A stretch of DNA of 62,385 nucleotides, the filler included, from Dimargaris cristalligena (Eukaryota): assembly GCA_003614675.1 (NCBI GenBank). It is 8 parts of 8 records of this genome, joined end to end, with 100 filler letters (N's around TTAATTAATTAA, not from the genome) between each part and the next. Parts side by side here need not be neighbours in the genome. Positions count along the whole stretch, not along the records: positions 39,211 to 46,892 come from ML003394.1; positions 46,993 to 54,642 come from ML003395.1; 6 more parts are not named here. One strand, written 5' to 3'. How positions within the stretch are numbered: the first letter of the stretch is position 1; each line of letters starts with the position of its first letter. This document shows, piece by piece, positions 40,624-53,942 of the stretch. Position numbers and translations under genes: made by a program. Below the pieces are notes generated by a model, which saw only the letters and a list, made by a program, of their open reading frames with translations, was not told the origin of the DNA and did not search any database.

Positions 40624-41088
40624 ATATATGGCCTCGTATATAGCCACCATCACCAGTAGGCGACACACTCCAGAGAATACCAGGTGCCCATAGTAATAAT
40701 TATTATCATTTGGCATTTGCTAGTCTTCACCCCTATGCAGGTCACTCTATCATTGAAAATGTTGGGCAACTCCATGAAATATAGTCGAGTACTTGACCAG
40801 TATTATGAGGACAGCTCACACGGGTATGATTAAACGCGTCGGAGCGGGTAAAATGCCTAAGCGAATGGCATACCAGGTAGAATATACATTGATTTGGACG
40901 CCATCCACTTTGCCATTGGATAGGCGGATAAATAAGATCTGGGGAGGATCCAGATACTACAACAAAGAATGCCGTTTGCGGTATTTTCGGCGTAAGGATA
41001 TATCGACACATTATTCCAGGGCCTTTCTTAATAACCAGGTCCTTTGGATGTGGGCAATGCCAAGTTCGTATCCATCCCCCCAATAATT

Positions 41089-41090
<2 letters not shown>

Positions 41091-41120
<30 letters not shown>
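41091..41120. repeat. (AT)15 microsatellite
   Basis: Read directly from the sequence. Confidence 0.95.
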
Positions 41121-41122
<2 letters not shown>

Positions 41123-41980
41123 AAATATGGAAATAAATTGCACCTGAGCCTCTTCAGTGCTCATTGTTCCCATCCTACAGAGTGATGAGCCAATACCAAC
41201 CAAGCAATCAAGCTACGCATCACTTACTCCACCATCAGATCATGAAAGCCACAACAAACCGGCAGGCTTGGAACTTGGTCGATAACCGAACTTTTGAAGC
41301 AGCATTTCGCCTGACGAGAGAGACCCAAGGATATGGTATGGTGAGGTTACGGCAAGCCCCAACCAAAGCCTATGAAACCGGCTCCTGGCAGCGAGTAGCG
41401 AACGAATGGAAAGGGCAGGCTGTTCTGCCATGGAAAATGCTATTTGTGTCCTAAGATTGCCCGATGATCCCCCCGCTCAACAACAGTCAATGACGTGCAG
41501 ATGAACCAGGCCAGCCACTTGGTGGAAAAGCGAATTGCCTACTCTATTCACCAGCGACAGTTGTACTCCATTCTGACATTGTCGAAACCACGAAGGGCCA
41601 TTCATGATCGCACAGTTGGGCGGCGAGGGTCGCCTAATCAATCATCCTTTTAAGCCTAATCCAGCCCACTGAATGTATATGCGGAATTGATCATTCGGCC
41701 ATCTCCCCCACCAAGGGCGGTTAAACTAAATATTCGGTCTGTCCCCGCATAGACTGAGAAACGGTACCTGTTTCTGCCTATATGCACCCACCCCGTTTCG
41801 GAGGGTTATCTTGCCGTCAACCACCCCTTCTCCTTTCCCTTGCTCTCTTACCTACGCTTAGACACATTTCCTTTTACTTTAATAGCTCTTAATAACCTGC
41901 ATTCAAACCCCCTAAGTCCAGTCCTAACGTTACCGACAGCCGCTAAACATCATACTCCAGGTAAGACTAAATCCTCCATT

Positions 41981-42223
41981 CACCAGCCCCTGCTGCGGCC
42001 CATTCCCTATGCTTCCTCCTTAGCCGAGTGGACGAGAGACTCGCCACTGCATAGGGCCGTCCGTACCTATCCTTCCGGATACGACGGGCCTTTTCGTCTC
42101 CGAAGGGGGGCTTTTCGGCTTACGGTAGTCACAGGGCCGAAAGGCCGGAGGGAATCAACCACCCACTGCAGCAGCAGCTGGTGGTCTCCTCTGTTCCCCT
42201 CACTCACTGGGCTGTCGATGGGC
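41981..42223 (+). ncRNA. Candidate structured RNA element (unclassified)
   Basis: Several complementary segments with G-U pairs favouring the + strand; starts 20 nt after a CAG|GTAAG donor-like site at 41961. See findings. Confidence 0.35.
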
Positions 42224-43746
42224 AACCTAGGCTATATTGTTTACGTTTGGGGGCAAACAGGTGGGTATCCCTGAATGCTTAAAATGGGAACGTTGATTGG
42301 CTCCCCTACTGACACCCCGAGTCCCTTCCCTAGTGTATCCGAACGGAATTAGTGTACTTCTTTTCCCAGCGCAGCAGCTGGTAGGATGCGCATGTTTTTC
42401 TACCATCACATCCTTCGTCTCTACATTACCCATCACCACTCCACGACTTGCTCTTTTTACTCATTGGGAAAAGGAGATGATGAGAGGGAGATAGGAAGAG
42501 GGGAGGGTAGAATGCGGCTCCTGCGGAATAGAGGTGGCGACAGTAGTAGTAGCAGTAGAGTGAATGCAGTCCTAAGCTCAATGCCGTTTGTTCGCCGGAT
42601 TGTTTGGGCACTGAACTGTGTGCTGCCCCACTGCAGATGCTGTATTGTTTGAATCCCACTGCTGTAAATATGCCAGTGCTGTATAACATAAAGGCAGCTA
42701 ACTGTAGTGACCCATTTCCCTTTCAAAGCAGCAGATGAGCTCCTTTTCCTCTCTCCACTTGCCCCTCCCCCTCCCTTTTCTAACTCTGGCCCTGACTATT
42801 GTTTGGCCAACTGTATTTTCTAAAAGGGATTATTATCACTTGGGTTTTAAATGACGACAATCGATTGAGGGCATTATAGGCACCCCGCCTATGTATGTAT
42901 TCGTGGTGATATCCTTGGGATAAGTGGTGGTGGTTCCGTATAGCTCACGCGGTGGGTTTATCCGGCCCGGCAGAGCTACTACTAGACCACCCACAGAGCT
43001 GGTTGGGACTCCGAGACTTGCTGACCATCGAAAATTCTATGGGATTTGTGAGTCAATGCAGCGTGGCCCATAAACGCCCCATCTTGCCCCAGTCAACCAT
43101 GGTATCCCGCTGCCTATTGTCTTGGCCCTTTGTCACACCCCTCGTTCCCTCACTCCCTTCCCCTCTTGTTCTTCCCTTTCTCTCTCTCTCTCTCTCTCTC
43201 ACACACCTCTACCCTTCCTTTCAACCGCTCTTTCTTCCTGCTGTGTACACTTCTCTCTACCTTTTGACCTTATCCTTTCTTCATCCGCTTACCCCTTGGC
43301 TTGTCTTTTTTAATCTCACTTGTGTCCATTTTGCTTCACTACTCTTTTATTTTGCCTTCGTCGTTATCACAAGGTATACCACCACTTCTCTACTTCATCT
43401 AGGTGGACTAACCCGCTCCCACCTCGTCCATGGCTTGGCTGGCTGTACCCGTTCTTTCATCTGGTACAAACCTACCTTGGCGTAGCCCAGAGATACTATT
43501 GCCTGAGCCTGGCCCTTGACTACAAGCTCCGCCCCCAGCTGATTGTAACGACGAGCGACTAAGCAAACCGGCAGCCCATATGTTGTCCGTCACCTCTACT
43601 CATCTACTACAGGTACCCATATAACTAACCCATATCTACCCGTACCCCTTTTATTGCATGCCTCCCCTTCTTTCTAATTCCCGTCTCTAGGTCACCCCCC
43701 TTCTCTCAATACCCCTCCCTGTCCACTCTATTAAGTTCGTTCAGCC

Positions 43747-44774
43747 ATGGCCGAAATCCGTCGCAAGTTGGTAATCGTGGGCGATGGTGCCTGCGGTAAA
43801 ACCTGTCTGTTGATCGTTTTCTCGAACGGCGAATTCCCCGAGGTAAACCCCAAACCAATTTAAACCCCTCGCCCCCAGCAGCTGGCCGAGAAGGCTCATT
43901 AGTAGCCTCTGCCTTTTCTCGACACCTACTTCTATTATTTCTCTGCTTGGGCTTTTTGATTCTCTTCCATTCGACCCCCCTGTCTTATTCACCACTCCCC
44001 ATAATTTAGGGTCCTCTTGGACCGTTTGCCTGGCCCCCTCTATCTAGCCGCAAGGTGACTGAAAGTCGATGGTACAAGGAACGTCCATTGTCTTGTCCCT
44101 TCAGCTCTCTTCCCTCACCAAACCCTTCCCAGTTATTTTTTATCCCCCCGCCCTTTCTCAAAGGGGTCGATTAATGCACACCCACCCTCCGCATATAACG
44201 GTTGGTACCCAGTGACCCCACTTTTCCATGCTTATACTTAACCCACTCCCTCCCGCTATATTCCACCCCATTATAATTCCCCCTTTTCTAGATATACGTC
44301 CCCACCGTCTTCGAGAACTACGTCGCCGACGTCAACGTCGATGGCAAGCGGGTTGAGCTGGCCCTTTGGGATACGGCCGGCCAAGAGGATTACGATCGTC
44401 TTCGTCCCCTCTCCTACCCCGACTCCCATGTCATCTTAATATGTTTCGCTGTGGACTCGCCCGACTCGCTAGAGAACGTCCAGGAGAAGTGGATTTCCGA
44501 GGTTATACATTTCTGCTCTGGTCTGCCCATCATTTTGGTCGCCTGTAAGGTGGATCTCCGTAATGACCCCAGAACCATTGAAGAGCTTACCAAGAACCAC
44601 CAGAGCCCGGTCACCGAACAGCAGGGTATGGACGTAGCCCGGCGTATCAATGCCTACAAATACCTCGAGTGCTCGGCCAAGACGAATCAGGGTGTCCGAG
44701 AGGTCTTTGAGCACGCTACCCGCGCTGCTCTGCTTACTCGGCCTAAGGCCAAGAGACGCTGTCAGCTGCTCTAA
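43747..44774 (+). CDS. RHO1: Rho1/RhoA GTPase
   Basis: [56 protein letters not shown] box CQLL; exons 43747-43842 and 44292-44774. Confidence 0.97.
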
Positions 44775-46337
44775 TTTCTCCAATGAGTCCCCCTCCCTCA
44801 TTGGGAAGCCTTGCCGTTGGTTATCCCTGGTCCTCCCCATTTTTAACACCGAAACCCGATCGTTTCCGCGTTAAATTCCTATCTACATCCTCATTTGTTT
44901 ACTCCCCCCTTTCTTTCCTTGTTTTCCGCCCGGTGCTCCTGTATCCCTGGGCCAACATATGTCCGGGAGGTCATTCGTTACGTAGCTGATTGCTTGCCCG
45001 TGGAATGCCACCGTTGGTGTGCATTTTACATTGGCGTGTATGTCCTTGCGCCTTTATCGTCGCTGTGCTTTTTTCCTGAATCGTTTGTATCTCGAATTTC
45101 GAGGGAAGGTTCCCCTATCCAGCCCTTCTCTCCATACTACCACCCCCACACCCTTCTCCGCGTTAAGTTTTCTATATAATTGTTTTTTATCAATGAATAT
45201 CCATTTCGTGCTCTCTTATTTGGCGCCCCATTCTCTCTCGCCTGCGATCCGCTTGAGGATGCGTGTTTGGAATTGCGGTACTTGCTGTTTTCAATACGTT
45301 TGTCTGGATAGTTTATTTCCACCCTATCATTGTTGCAATGGCTATTCACTTTCATCACAATAGTTTGTTTTATACTCAGATATAGTCCAAACTTACTATT
45401 GCTTTTGATTTTCAATCTTTTTACTATATCCTTGGCGCTCCTTCCTGTCAGTTGCTCCGCTTCGTAGTCCATAAGTTTTTTTTTGTACGTTCGCTGCGCT
45501 ACTCCATACCAATGTTGTGGAGCTATCCCACCACTATCCCCACTTTCTTTATAAACATCCAGATAGTTTGAACTGATCTCTTTAGTTGTAATCAGGCATT
45601 TCTGTTTTACGGAATGGCACCTTCACATGCTAATCCGAGTGGGTGCTAAATATATGGAGATACGCCCTGATTGGAGAACAGGATTCCAGAGGTGGGCTGC
45701 AATCGTAATCGAAATAAGCGACTTACGATGATGATATCATCGGTTTTAAAGGGAAGGAGCTATAGATATAACGCTAATCGGATTGAATATTAATTAGAAA
45801 CCGGGAAATGCTGCGAATACTGATTTTTATAGAGTATATCCTTGATTGGTGTTATATTTGAAGCATTTATTATGTATTTCTTACTGGCTAAACGTACCGT
45901 TATCTACTTTTGTGTGTTTTCTTTGGACAGGGGTAACACAGGTAGTATGTTGAGCATCAACCAATATAATTGTGAAACGCGGCCATGCGATAAATCCATC
46001 CCGTATTGTGGTGAAACATGCCTATTCGTATTCTCTTTAAACCAAAAACTCTTTGGGAGTTTGGAGATGCTCATCTGACTAGGCCAGGGTGCATAAATAT
46101 AGGGAATGCTGTGGATGTGCACAATCCATGATCAGCCCTTGTTCGTTCGTTGTTAGTTCACATCCACTAGACCCGCTTTACCTTCAGCTGATTCCCCAAT
46201 TGATTAATGAGTCCCGTTCATGGCAAGGCCAATTCAGCGTTGATTTACCTACATGGTGGGGGATATAGAGGAAGAAGCGGAAGGACGTCCCTGGTACAAT
46301 GTAATATTTCGTTAGCAAGGAGTATATTAATAAATGC

Positions 46338-46468
46338 ATATGGGTGAAGTTCGGCCCAGCTGTATAAGGTTTTAAATGATAATGTATGGGAGATTTATTT
46401 TTAACCAGTCATATTTGCTTCATCCAACGGATTTTTCGTTATACAACTCGGTTGAACCTCTCCCATAT
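46338..46468 (-). mobile_element. MITE-like element, copy 2
   Basis: ATATGGGTGAAGTTCGGCC...GGTTGAACCTCTCCCATAT; reverse complement aligns with copies 1 and 3. Confidence 0.8.
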
Positions 46469-46992
46469 ATATTTATCGACGAATTAGTCCACCCTGCCAT
46501 TGGAATTGTAATAACAGCAAATCACTCTTATAGAATCGAAACACGTCCCTAGTCGGTCATTTGATAATTTAGATACTCCCATCAGAAGGAGTGTCAATAG
46601 GGAGATTATAAACCAGCATTTAAAATAATTTATTCTTACTTGATCTCTATAACCCCTATTATGTACTTTGGCACGACTCCCTCAATCTCTTTTATTCCCA
46701 AGGTACTCTCTTCTCGTTAAAATAACAAGTGTAGATAATGATCGTCATTGAATACTACGAGTGTATAGAGCCCTACCCTCCGTCTCATTCCGGATCCAAA
46801 TGGTGGCCCTCCATGTACACGGGTTAGTAGTTCCCCCTGCCACCATCAGAGGGAATCGGTCCCCCTGAACTAGAGTGGTCACCTGACTCCCTNNNNNNNN
46901 NNNNNNNNNNNNNNNNNNNNNNNNNNNNNNNNNNNNTTAATTAATTAANNNNNNNNNNNNNNNNNNNNNNNNNNNNNNNNNNNNNNNNNNNN

Positions 46993-48390
46993 CAATGGCC
47001 AGCATGTGCCGTGCACTGAGCGACTACTTACATGCGCGCCAGGTTGAGGTACTTCCATGACTTCTCGAGCAGCTCGTCAAAGTTCCACTCGTGGTGCGCC
47101 GAGATGGGCACCGCATGCGGGATCTTGTAGACCAGATCGAGTTCCTGCATAGTCATCGCCGCATAGAATGATGAGTGCATCCATCGCCTGTGGCCATAGA
47201 CAGACAGCGACAATGGCGGTGACGATGCTTACCTCGATGGAGATCTGATCGATCTTGTTGAGCACGTAGATGGCCGGAATGTAGACACTAGCGAGTGGAC
47301 CACAATGCATGTAAGCCATCTCTCTCTCTCTGTGTGTGTGTGTGTGTGTGCGCATGCACATAGACACTAATACGGCAGGCACACCCACCGATTGCCCTCG
47401 ATCACATCGATGAGGTCGTCGGGCGTCGCATCGCACTTGAAGCTGACGTCGGCGTTGTGGATCTTGTACTCGGACAGGATCGCCTTGACCTGCTCCAGAT
47501 CGAGGTGCGTAAGCGGCACCGTGTTCGTCATGTTGATGCCGCCACGCTCCTTGCGCTTGAAGTAGATGTTGGGCGGCTCCTTGTTGAGGCGGATGCCGAA
47601 TCCCTCGAGCTCGTGCTCGATGACATGCTTATGCGTCAATGGCTTGAGCACATCGAGCACGAGGTAGATCAGCGAGCAAGTACGCGCCACTGCATGCCAG
47701 CGTAAGCAAACATAGCCAATAGCAATAGCAGCAGCACCAGCAGCGGCCCCTCGCTTACCGGCAATGACCTGGCGACCACGACCTTTGCCGTCCTTGGCGC
47801 CCTCGATAATACCCGGCAGATCGAGGATCTATGATGTGGTAAGTAGATGCAGTGCATGGGGGCATGCCTGGATCGATGTAGACCCACCTGGATCTTCGCG
47901 CCCTTGTACTGGATGACACCGGGCACGGTGGTGAGCGTGGTGAACTCGTACGCACCGACCTCGGAGAAGGTGCCGGTCATTTTCGACATGAGCGTGGACT
48001 TGCCCACCGATGGAAAACCTACACGCACACGCACACGCCACAGTAAGCAGGCCATCCAGTGATAATAAGCAGGGAGAGAGGAGGAGGGCAGCAGCAGCGA
48101 CACACGCACCGATAAAGCCAATACGCGCCACACCCGTCTTGGCCACCTCGAATCCAACTATCGTGCACACACATAGTGAGGTGAGTGGGTTGGTGCCGTA
48201 TATACCTAGAGACCGGCGTGGCCCGCCTACCTCCTTCACCGCCACCGCCACCACCCTTGGGCGTCAACAGCTCACGACGCAGCTTGGCAAGCTTCGCCTT
48301 TAGGATGCCCAAGTGATACGAGGTGGCCTTGTTCTTTTGCGTGCGGGCCATTTCGGCCTCGATTTCCTTGATCTTCTCCACGGTCGACAT
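46993..48390 (-). CDS. RBG1: Developmentally regulated GTP-binding protein 1 (DRG1/Rbg1), 3'-truncated
   Basis: [70 protein letters not shown]; many short GT-AG introns. Confidence 0.95.
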
Positions 48391-48774
48391 CTTGATTCGT
48401 GTGGGTGTTTATCTTTCTTTGTGTGTGTGTGTGTGGCTGGGAGAGCTGGGCGATAGTGCAATAACAAGCACACAGTGGGTAAGGGAAAAAGGAAAACAAT
48501 CGATGGATGTCGATCAGTAAGGACAGCGTGTTTTATTATCACAGACGAGCAAGCTTGATCATTGACTATGGCAGCAGTGAGTAGACATATCATGGCACAC
48601 CACGTCCAATATGTGCCTACCATGTGTGTGTTGAGTATAATGTCCACACCATGCACCACATTGGACTATTCATCAATAAACAAACATACTGACCGCCCAG
48701 GTCGCTCTTTCTCCTTACTTTCGCTACACTGTCCATCCATTGCAACCTAAGGATGAAACCAGTTTATTACACAC

Positions 48775-48778
<4 letters not shown>

Positions 48779-48805
<27 letters not shown>
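48779..48805. repeat. (AG)n microsatellite between RBG1 and the PX gene
   Basis: Read directly from the sequence. Confidence 0.9.
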
Positions 48806-48811
<6 letters not shown>

Positions 48812-48822
48812 AGTGCGGTCGA

Positions 48823-51800
48823 TTACGTAACAACATACGACATATGTGACCCGCGCCTAGACGATGAGATGGCATGCGGCACCAACTCGGCCAGCTGCTC
48901 GTCTAGATTCGTGCGCAGCTGTCGTACGAATGGATTGACCATGCGCGGCAGGATCGTCAGCTGTGGTGCCGGAATGGGCGGCTCGGTAATGGCACCGGCC
49001 TGTCGCGTGGACAATGTTGGTGCATGACCATTGCCCGCCATCTGCTGCTGCTGCTCCTGCTGTTGCAGTTGCCACGTTAGCATGGCATCGATCTCGTGGT
49101 CGCCCTCGTCGCCCAGCACATCCTCGACATCGGCACTAAGGCCTAATTGATCGAGAATCTCCTGGATGTCCTGTTCGCTCCAGTCGTTGACATTCGTTTG
49201 GAGGCGTGCTCGCAACTTGCGTCGATGTCGCTCCTTCACCCGCGTGCGATAGTCGGCCAAGCGACGCAGATCCTCCTTAAGCGCCGCGCGATCCTCGTCG
49301 GTGGTGGCAGCCTCCGCGGCAATCGCCTGCAAATCGATGGCACCACTGCCCGCCCGCAGGAACTGCATGATGGTCTCGGCCCAGTTAAGCACATTATCGA
49401 ATAGGCCACGACGATCGCGTGCATAGAGTCGATGCAGGAATTGGTACATATTGCCCCTATAGCGATTGACGAGTGCCCTGAATGGCTCGAGTGGATTACG
49501 GCCATCGTTATCTACCGTGCAGAACACATCATCAATACAAATAGAGAGAGATGTGCGTGTGCGCGTGCATGTGATGATGACTTACGCATGCGCCATGCAT
49601 CCATGCCCTCTACGGTGCGGATGAGATCGTCAATAAAGGCGGCAATGTCCATGATGTAGTCGCCAATGTTCGCCGCCTTGTACACTTCGGCCAGTGGGCC
49701 ATAGACCACGGCGATGATGTCCTTAAGCAGATCGCTCGTGCTCCCCTCGAATATAATGCTGAGCAAGGTCTCCTTATCGTGCTTCTTCAGGTAGAGCGTG
49801 AGCAGGTTGCGCAGCTTGTGCAGCATCGTGCGGTGTGGCTGTGCACTCGGCCGGTCGGTGGGCCAGATGCGTTCGAGCTGGGTGGCATGCAGCTGCGGTG
49901 CAATGTTGTTATCGTGCAGTAGGCGCATAAGCAGCTCATCGTCCGACATTTCTACGCATCGTCCATAAGCATATAGTGCATGGCCATGGGGCTGCGCGCG
50001 CACACTCACCAGCATCGTCCGTGTATTGAAGCTCGTGGTGGCAGATGTACTTGTTGATCTTGTGGCACACGGCCAGATCGCCAATCTCCCGCTCGAGCTT
50101 CTCGATGTCGCTCTCCAGCTCCCGTAGGCTCTCGCCGATATTGGTGGCGATGATCCTGCCGCCATAGCATGCGAATGCCACGTGAGTCGAGCACATTCGA
50201 TCACATTGCAATGTAATGCAACTTACCGCTGCAGTACACTGCGCTGGCCAAATGGCCGCGCCAGGAACAAATCGGTCACGCCCTTGGCCATGCGGGCTGG
50301 ATTCGATATGCGAAGCACCGCGCGCAGGGCACGATAGGGTATCATGCCATTGGTGCGCTTCAGCGATGCCAGCTTGGCCGGCGAGTCGTCCGAGCTGTAG
50401 AAGTTGACGTAGAGCGACGTCGCAAAGCTAGACAATGCACCGCCCATGTGCGTCAGCCACAAGCAATGACGACGACGATGGCGCATGCCCAAGCACTTAC
50501 TTGACGCATAGATAGTTGAACGTGGCCTGGCAGTAGGGCGGCAGCGCATCGATATCATCAACCTCCTTCACCGTGTCCACGAGTCGCTGTAGGCCGCCTA
50601 CCAATGCACAGATGGTCAGCGACATCCATGCAACTGGGCGAGCCGCTCACCGCTCGATAGAACCTCCTTGCGAAGACTCGCCATGTCGGCCTGGTACTGC
50701 TTGGTGAGGCGCTCCGACTCCTCCTGCGCCTGCACCGACTCTTCGTGGAGCTGTCGCTCGCGCGCGGCCCGCCCTTCCGCCTCGAGCAAGGCTTCTCCCT
50801 GCAGATCGATGGGCTGGTCGGTGAGGAACGCGTGGAGGATGGGCGAGTGCGCGACGGGCTCGACCGCGATGAGTCGGCGCAGATGGGCGCGCATGAGCAG
50901 GCGGTCCTTCTCGCGATAGTAGACATCGTGCTGCGACGCACTCTGCTGCGTCTTGGGCGGCGGGAAGGGCAGCTCGAGTGCCGGCATTGCTCGGCGTAGC
51001 TGTGCCGCGCATCAGTCAGCGATGGGCCATGCCCTAATCGATATGCTGCTTACCTGCTTGTGTAGGCGGCGCAGATCATGGAAACGCCGCGCCACATAAA
51101 AGTGCGCGCCATCATCGAAGGTGACCGACAGGACGAATTCCTAATCCATCACCACCATCGAGTTCAGCTTACGTGCCTGCTTCGCTCGACGGTGGGGCCA
51201 CTTACCGCATGCGTTGAATCGCGCAGCTTGCCCGATCTGTGCACCGGGCGCACCGTAACCACATTGAGGTTGATGCCATTGACGCCCTTCGGTGGGTGTG
51301 CGCTCGATGCGGCAGGACGAGCCTCGTCGGCACTGGATGGGCCATCGGCCGGAGGATGCTCGCCCTCGTCGTGCAAATCGACCGAGTGTAGCGAATGGCG
51401 ATCAGCACCGCCATGCTCATGCTCATGCTCATTCTGCTCCGTTGGCTGTGTGGGATCGCTGAGGAGGGCAGTCGATGGCGCCTCGGCTAGCTTCGTGCCC
51501 GAGTAGAAGAAGAGCGTGAGCAGCCGGTTGCCGCGCTGCATCATCTGCTGGCGCTTGTGCTTCTCGCCGGCCTCGCGACTACTGCCGATGCCATGTGCGG
51601 CGAGCTGGTCGAGGAACCGCTGGACACGCGGCCAGAACGATGGGCCTGCATCGCGGAATAGCGGGAAGCTCAGCACGTAGCGCAGGTAGATGTAGCGCAG
51701 CAGCGGGATTGGATCGAAGGTCGATGGACTGACGCGCACGCCCACTGCGCCCGCCGGCAACCGACGCAGATATTGCAGCGACGGATTGGCCGCCAGGTAA

Positions 51801-52195
51801 GCAAGCTCCTGGGTGATTTCGCGATTGACTAGCTCGCGGCTCACAAGGCGCTGCTGCTGCTGATCAAGCAGTGCTTCGTGCGTGCTGGTATATACAGCAC
51901 TGCTGCTGCCATCGTTGTCGTTGTTGGTGGTGGTGGCATGGACGGCCAGTCCAGCCATGGACTCGAGTGCTAGTGCTTCCGCATTACTGCTGCTGTTTGT
52001 AGCTTGTTCTTCCGTGGCATCCACATTATCGTTGTCGTTGTTGTTGTCCTCCTCGTCGCTATACAGGACAAACTCATAATTCTGTCCCTCGGAACTAGGC
52101 GCGCCACCACTCGTATTGACCGACAGGCGATCACTGGCATCTACGAATGCAGGCAGTGGCGACGGCGTCCTCGCGGCTGTCCGTTCATTAGACAT
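48823..52195 (-). CDS. PX-domain protein of the Ypr097w/Lec1 type (PX-associated, PX and DUF3818-like regions)
   Basis: PLLRYIYLRYVLSFPLF; PX-like YVARRFHDLRRL...LPFPPPK; YREKDRLLMRAHLR; IPYRALRAVLRISNP..MAKGVTDLFLARPFGQRSVLQR; YGPLAEVYKAANI. Multi-exon. Confidence 0.8.
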
Positions 52196-53942
52196 TATCG
52201 GCGATAGGCTGGGGTAGCAATGCCGCGTCGTATGCGTCGTGTCAGTGCGAGGAGTAGGCGGTGGCAGTAGACGTGATAGTAAGCTTTAGGCCAAGAATAG
52301 CGAGAACATAGAGTGGAGAAGAAGAAAAGCAGCAACCACACCTTCCTAGACCACATGTGGCTGCACGTGGTGGTCCACTCGATGGACGGTGGACTGTGGA
52401 ACGAGCCTCGTCTCCTACGCACACACACACACATCAGCCACAGTCATGTTTTACGTTAGACGCGGCTTGTTCACATCATCATCATTGGATCATGAATGGG
52501 CCAAAGTGCCTCGGATGGAAATGTGCTTTATATATATATATAAATTGCCTACTAATCATTTCAATCGCCGCCACCGCCACCACTAGCATGACTCGTTTGT
52601 TTGTTACTGCATTATGGCGAGGCTCTTTGTACGCTATCAAATGTCGCGTGGTTTGAAGGGGGCGGGCGGGCAAGGAGGCACCGAGCAAGCATAGAGCAAT
52701 AAGCGTGCTCACATGTTGTCTGGGGCGGCTATTTTTATCGCTCCTGCTCGGCATTCGTGCTCGTGGCGCCACCATCCTCACCGTCACCATCACTGTCGCT
52801 CTATCCGTAGAAAGAAGGCTTGGCTACGGAGCAGGAAGGATGTGCTCGGCTATTAGGTTGCCGTGTTGACTACGCATCCCTCGATAACACCCGATGCAGC
52901 TAGGCATGCCGCCATTATTACCTTGAACGTGCACGCTTATTACAGCCATCTCCTTGACACGGCCGCGTCCATCCTCGCGCGTGCGTGCGTGCGTGCGTGT
53001 GTGTGTGTGCGTGTGTGCGGTGTGTTGCTACGAATAAGTCAAGTGCTAAGGATACCGAGCCATAGTCACGCCCTCGACATGCATCGTTTCATCTTCCACG
53101 CTTGTTCTCGCTCTCTCGCTCTCTCGTGCGCGCTTGTGTGTGTGTGGCTCCATGGCGCTGGATGTGTTGGTGGACGTGTTGGTGGATGTGGTCGGTGCTG
53201 CCATCACTTCCATGTGGCATGTCTCGCTGTCGCATCCTCCCCGTCTCGTCCGCATTCGCGCTGCCCTGTCATCCCATCTCCTTTTGCCCGCGCGCCTCCA
53301 TTGGACCTCCGCTATCGCCGTTATAACCTTCACTGTGGCGACACGCCATCCTCAACGGCCCGCCATTGACGCTTCTCTTTTCGTTTTCTACTTGGTGCGT
53401 GGCGCTTCTCGGTCACCCTGCCTGCAGCACACGCTTCGCTCGCTACTAGCTCCCTACTGGCTCGGTATTACGCCTGCTCGCCAAGATTACAGCCTATCAT
53501 CTTGCTATCTCTGCCCGCTGCCGGCCAACATTGCTCCTAGTATCGCCGCTACCGCCGTGTTCTAGCTAGACACACGCACACACACTCTCTCTCTGCCTCT
53601 ATTTCTCTCTCTGCCTCTCTATTTCTATGTAGGTAACGAGCACGGTGCACTGTCTGCATGGAAAGATAACTGATTGCGCGCTATCTTTATTATACCTATA
53701 TAGTATTCGTCGCCTCATACAAAGAACCGCACACCTATCATCTCATTCTACATACTACCACTACCACCTCTACTACTACTATTGCTGGCAGCCGTGACAG
53801 CATCGTGCATAGTGTGCAGCGTTGAATGCAGTCAGCTTGTCGAATACACCATACACCTCATAGTAAGTGCAAGATGTCCCGTCGCGAATGCAGCCGCTAA
53901 CTATGTTCCGCTCTCCCGCCGTGTCGAATAGGAGCACCGTAG

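Noticed and set aside
41945-42620. U3, RNase P/MRP, telomerase RNA, TPP riboswitch or hammerhead identity for the structured element
   Set aside because: Required motifs are missing or out of order: no U3 box A, no telomeric template, no CUGAUGA core, no TPP core, and only a weak MRP P4-like match on the minus strand.
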